Shown here: in pieces, positions 60,885-64,000 of the stretch
Layout: every line of letters starts with the position of its first letter
Numbering within the stretch: the first letter of the stretch is position 1
Source: Hydrolagus affinis
Taxonomy: Eukaryota
Assembly (NCBI GenBank): GCA_012026655.1
Contig: JAAILG010000027.1
Span: forward strand, 1-64,000
Reading direction: 5' to 3'
DNA length: 64,000 nt
Translations under genes and position numbers: made by a program
The notes under the pieces: model-generated
Told to the model about the DNA's origin: nothing
Seen by the model: only the letters and a program-made list of their open reading frames with translations
Database searches by the model: none

Positions 60885-63800
60885 CAGTTGAGTTTGGGGG
60901 AAAACCAGGCAATGAAGCCGGACCGTTCACTCCTGGAAGAATAACAGGAGGAAGGCCTGGGAGTCCTGGATAGGATGTTGGCATGTTGAGTCCATGCAAT
61001 GAATTGTTATCCATCATGCCTTGTTGCTGCAGAGTCTGCTGCTGTGAGGGAAAGACCAGAACATCTGTGGCCTTCTTTAAACGATCCATCTCTTGTTGAG
61101 CCATCAACTGACGGACAGTTGTAGGAGCGAGATAATCCTTTTCCCTATCTAGCTGAGTTCCTACTGTTTCCTTTAACTTATTGATGTGCTGCGGTGAGAA
61201 TATATGATCTCTGATAGATAAACGTGCAGTGTACATCACTCCACACAGAGAACATTCTGGTTTTTGTCCATCAGTTCCAGTTTGATTCATCATGAATGAT
61301 TTGGCAATGTTTATTTTGATTTTTTTATCTTTTGCACGAGCATTCTGAAACCAGACTTGAACAACTCTTTTTGGTAAATGAATCTCGTTCCCAAGCATTT
61401 CACACTCCTGCATTGTTGGCGTGCGGTAATCATTGAAGCATGACTTGAGGAGCTTCAGTTGAAGGTTGTTCATTTGTGTTCTGAAGCGTTTATGACCAAG
61501 GTAATCATTGCTTCGTGATGCCTTATTCCCAAACGGACTCGGAGAGCAGGGATCAGCTAAACTCGACGTTTCACTTCGATCTGCATTATCATCAAAGTCA
61601 TTTTCCTTTGATCTGAAACTTAGAGAGGGGCTTGGTAAGCTTAGACCAGAAAGTTTTTCATCATAATAATCAGAAGCACTCATTGTCGTTACCATCTGAT
61701 CACTAGTTAGTGTTGTTTTCAGGTCTTCTGTAAACTCCATACCAGTAGCGCCCGAATTGCTTTCCATGTCATTATTTCCTTCATCTGCTGTGCTTCCCTC
61801 ACTGATACCTGTGTTAATAGAAGATGTTTCATCATAATCTGTCTTACTCTGATCAAAGCTAACATCACCATGGCCTGCATTTGGGCTTCCAGTGTCTTCA
61901 TTGCATTCTAACTTGAAGAACGAAGGGCTCACCAGATGTTTCGGTGACATCTCTGCTGATTTGCTGATGGGTGTTGACACTGTGGACGGTGCTTCATTTT
62001 CGCTTAATGCATCAGTCTTTAACAAAGCGAAAGTGGGAAATTCAAAATAGTTCTCTTTGTGTGGGCTGTCAATGTCATCGTCCTGAGGCATAATCGGGCT
62101 ATGGGGGAGGTTATAGCCTGCTTGTTTTGCTTCATGCCAATGTCGAGAACGAATATGTGTTTCTAGTGCTGTTTTAGCTTTGAAGAGTGCTCGGCAAAAA
62201 GGACATCTCCTGTGAGAATGAGTGGGACCCACGGCACGGAACTGCCCCTTCCTTTCACGAGCTCGGGTGTTCTGAAACCAGACCTGAACCACCCGTTTTT
62301 TCAAGCCGACTTCATTCGATATGTGATCTAGCATTTTCCGAGTGGGATTAGAATCCAGCAAGTATTTTTCATACAGGATCTCCAATTGTTCTGGGGTTAT
62401 TGTGGTTCGAAGCCTCTTGTCACGCTGAGGTTCATCATTGCTAATCATGCCTTCTTTTTCAATGTGATTGTTTTCTTCCTTTTCTTCCAATTTGCGTTTC
62501 ACTGAACCAGAAGCTGCATTGGGTGTCGTGGGAAGTGGTGTACTTGTCTGGGAGGACATCTGTGTCAGTGGTCCAGGGAGCAACTGCCCTGTCATCAGCG
62601 GGTTGTTGGGGTCAAAAATCATATAGGGCATATCTAAAGATCGATCCAAAATTTGTGAATGGAGGAACTGATTTTGGGCTGCCAAAAAATGAATGTGCTG
62701 GTGCTCTTGCCAAAGTTCCAAGGTTGGAAAGGCATATTTACACTGGTCACATTGGTACTGTAACATCTGAGGAGGTAGACTGTTCTGTAAAGAGGTGACT
62801 GGTACAGGCAGGGGGCTGGAAGGAACGGCTGTGGTTTGAGGTTGTGAATGAGGTCTCGCTATTTGTGATTGAGATTGTTTCTGCTGCTGTGATTGAGGTG
62901 TTGAAGGCTGCGGCTCTGCAGGAGGTGAAGATGTCGGTTGCATTGGTCTGGCCATTGGAGAGGGTTGAGTAGTCTCGCTTTGCTTTGGTTTTTCTGCTGA
63001 CAAGTTAGATTTGGGTGAACTCTTATCTGTTTCCAGTTTGGGTGAAAGCATGAGAGGAGTACTGGAGCCAGAACCGGAACCGGAGCCAGAGCCAGAGTTT
63101 GCTGTTGTTCCTAGTGGGGGGTTTGTGGAATCTGTTGGGCATGAAGCATCAGGGTGCTTTGACATCATTTGGTCTGTAGCATCCATTGAATCTTCCGTTT
63201 GGCTGTCATCTTGACCCTCATCATCTTCGTCTTTGTAACACTGTTTCTTCTGATGAGTAATCAGATCGAAGATGCGGGGAAACACGACATTGCATTTTTT
63301 GCACTGGTACTGCATGTTACTGGTTCGAATATAGCGCTCGTTGGTCAGTTCTCTTCTTTCACTGTCTTTAGCATCAATTTGATTCTCAAACGTTTTACGG
63401 GCCTTTTGACGTGCGTTTTGAAACCACACAACAATGACTCGGGTAGGTAAGGTTAGGACTGTTGACAATTGTTCGATTTCATCATCTTTTGGATAGGCGT
63501 TGGTATCAAAAAAGTCCTGGAGAACTCTCAATTGGTAGTCTGTGAATCGTGTCCTTGATGACCTCTTAGTTAATGCACCATCTGCCCTGTAATATTCTAC
63601 TGCAGTTAGATAAGTATCATTTGTGGATTCATCCAATGTGGTCATAGGAGGGTTGTTGAAGTTATACGGGGAATCCTTGTTTCTTTGTCTTTCTTTGAAA
63701 AGAGTATTGCGAAACCAATGTTTGATGACCTTCTGGGGCAGGCCTGATTTCTCCGACATTTCTTGGATTTGTTCCTCTGTCGGTGAATTATTGATATCAA

Positions 63801-64000
63801 AATAAGCCCGCAAGACCTTCAGCTGATCGTCTGTGATTCTTGTGCGTGGGCGTTTGAACTGGTGATGCCTCAGAAAGTTGGGGTCAAAACCCAACTGCTG
63901 CTGACAGAGCTGGGCAAGTTCAGGAGATAAAGCGTCCATGGTCGGCAGCTGCAGAGTGAGCTGAGCAGGCAGAGAAGAATGCTGCACCATAAGTGGGGGG
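60885..64000 (-). CDS. ZFHX4: Zinc finger homeobox protein 4, large penultimate exon (continues past window end)
   Basis: Four homeodomains ([57 protein letters not shown]) with interspersed C2H2 fingers. LRAYFDINN is ZFHX4-type. Donor ACT G|gtaagt at 60885/60884. Confidence 0.97.

Overview
Vertebrate nuclear DNA. The repeat complement (tRNA-headed SINEs with L2-type tails, Deu-domain SINEs, L2/CR1 LINEs, Penelope-type palindromes) suggests a cartilaginous fish, probably a holocephalan; this is inference. Three protein-coding loci are visible. (1) PEX2 (+), with its whole 301-aa CDS in one exon at 21013-21918. (2) The 3' end of ZFHX4 (-): the large four-homeodomain exon at 60885 to beyond 64000, the last coding exon at 52278-53767, and a long 3'UTR. 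It is convergent with PEX2, as in other vertebrates. (3) A multi-exon coiled-coil gene (-) that I cannot name, with phase-0 exons at 9179-9415, 6110-6259 and 2856-2987. It runs off the left edge and appears to share a CpG-island promoter (~9180-10260) head-to-head with PEX2. The rest is intronic or intergenic and repeat-rich, with nested SINE/LINE/MITE insertions. Most notable oddities: the unnamed gene; an 81%-identical copy of the first 120 nt of the PEX2 coding exon just downstream of PEX2; TSD-flanked Penelope-type elements with decayed hammerhead-ribozyme cores; a possible fossil coding region in the last ZFHX4 intron; and two N-runs that look like length-preserving masking of highly conserved sequence rather than true gaps.
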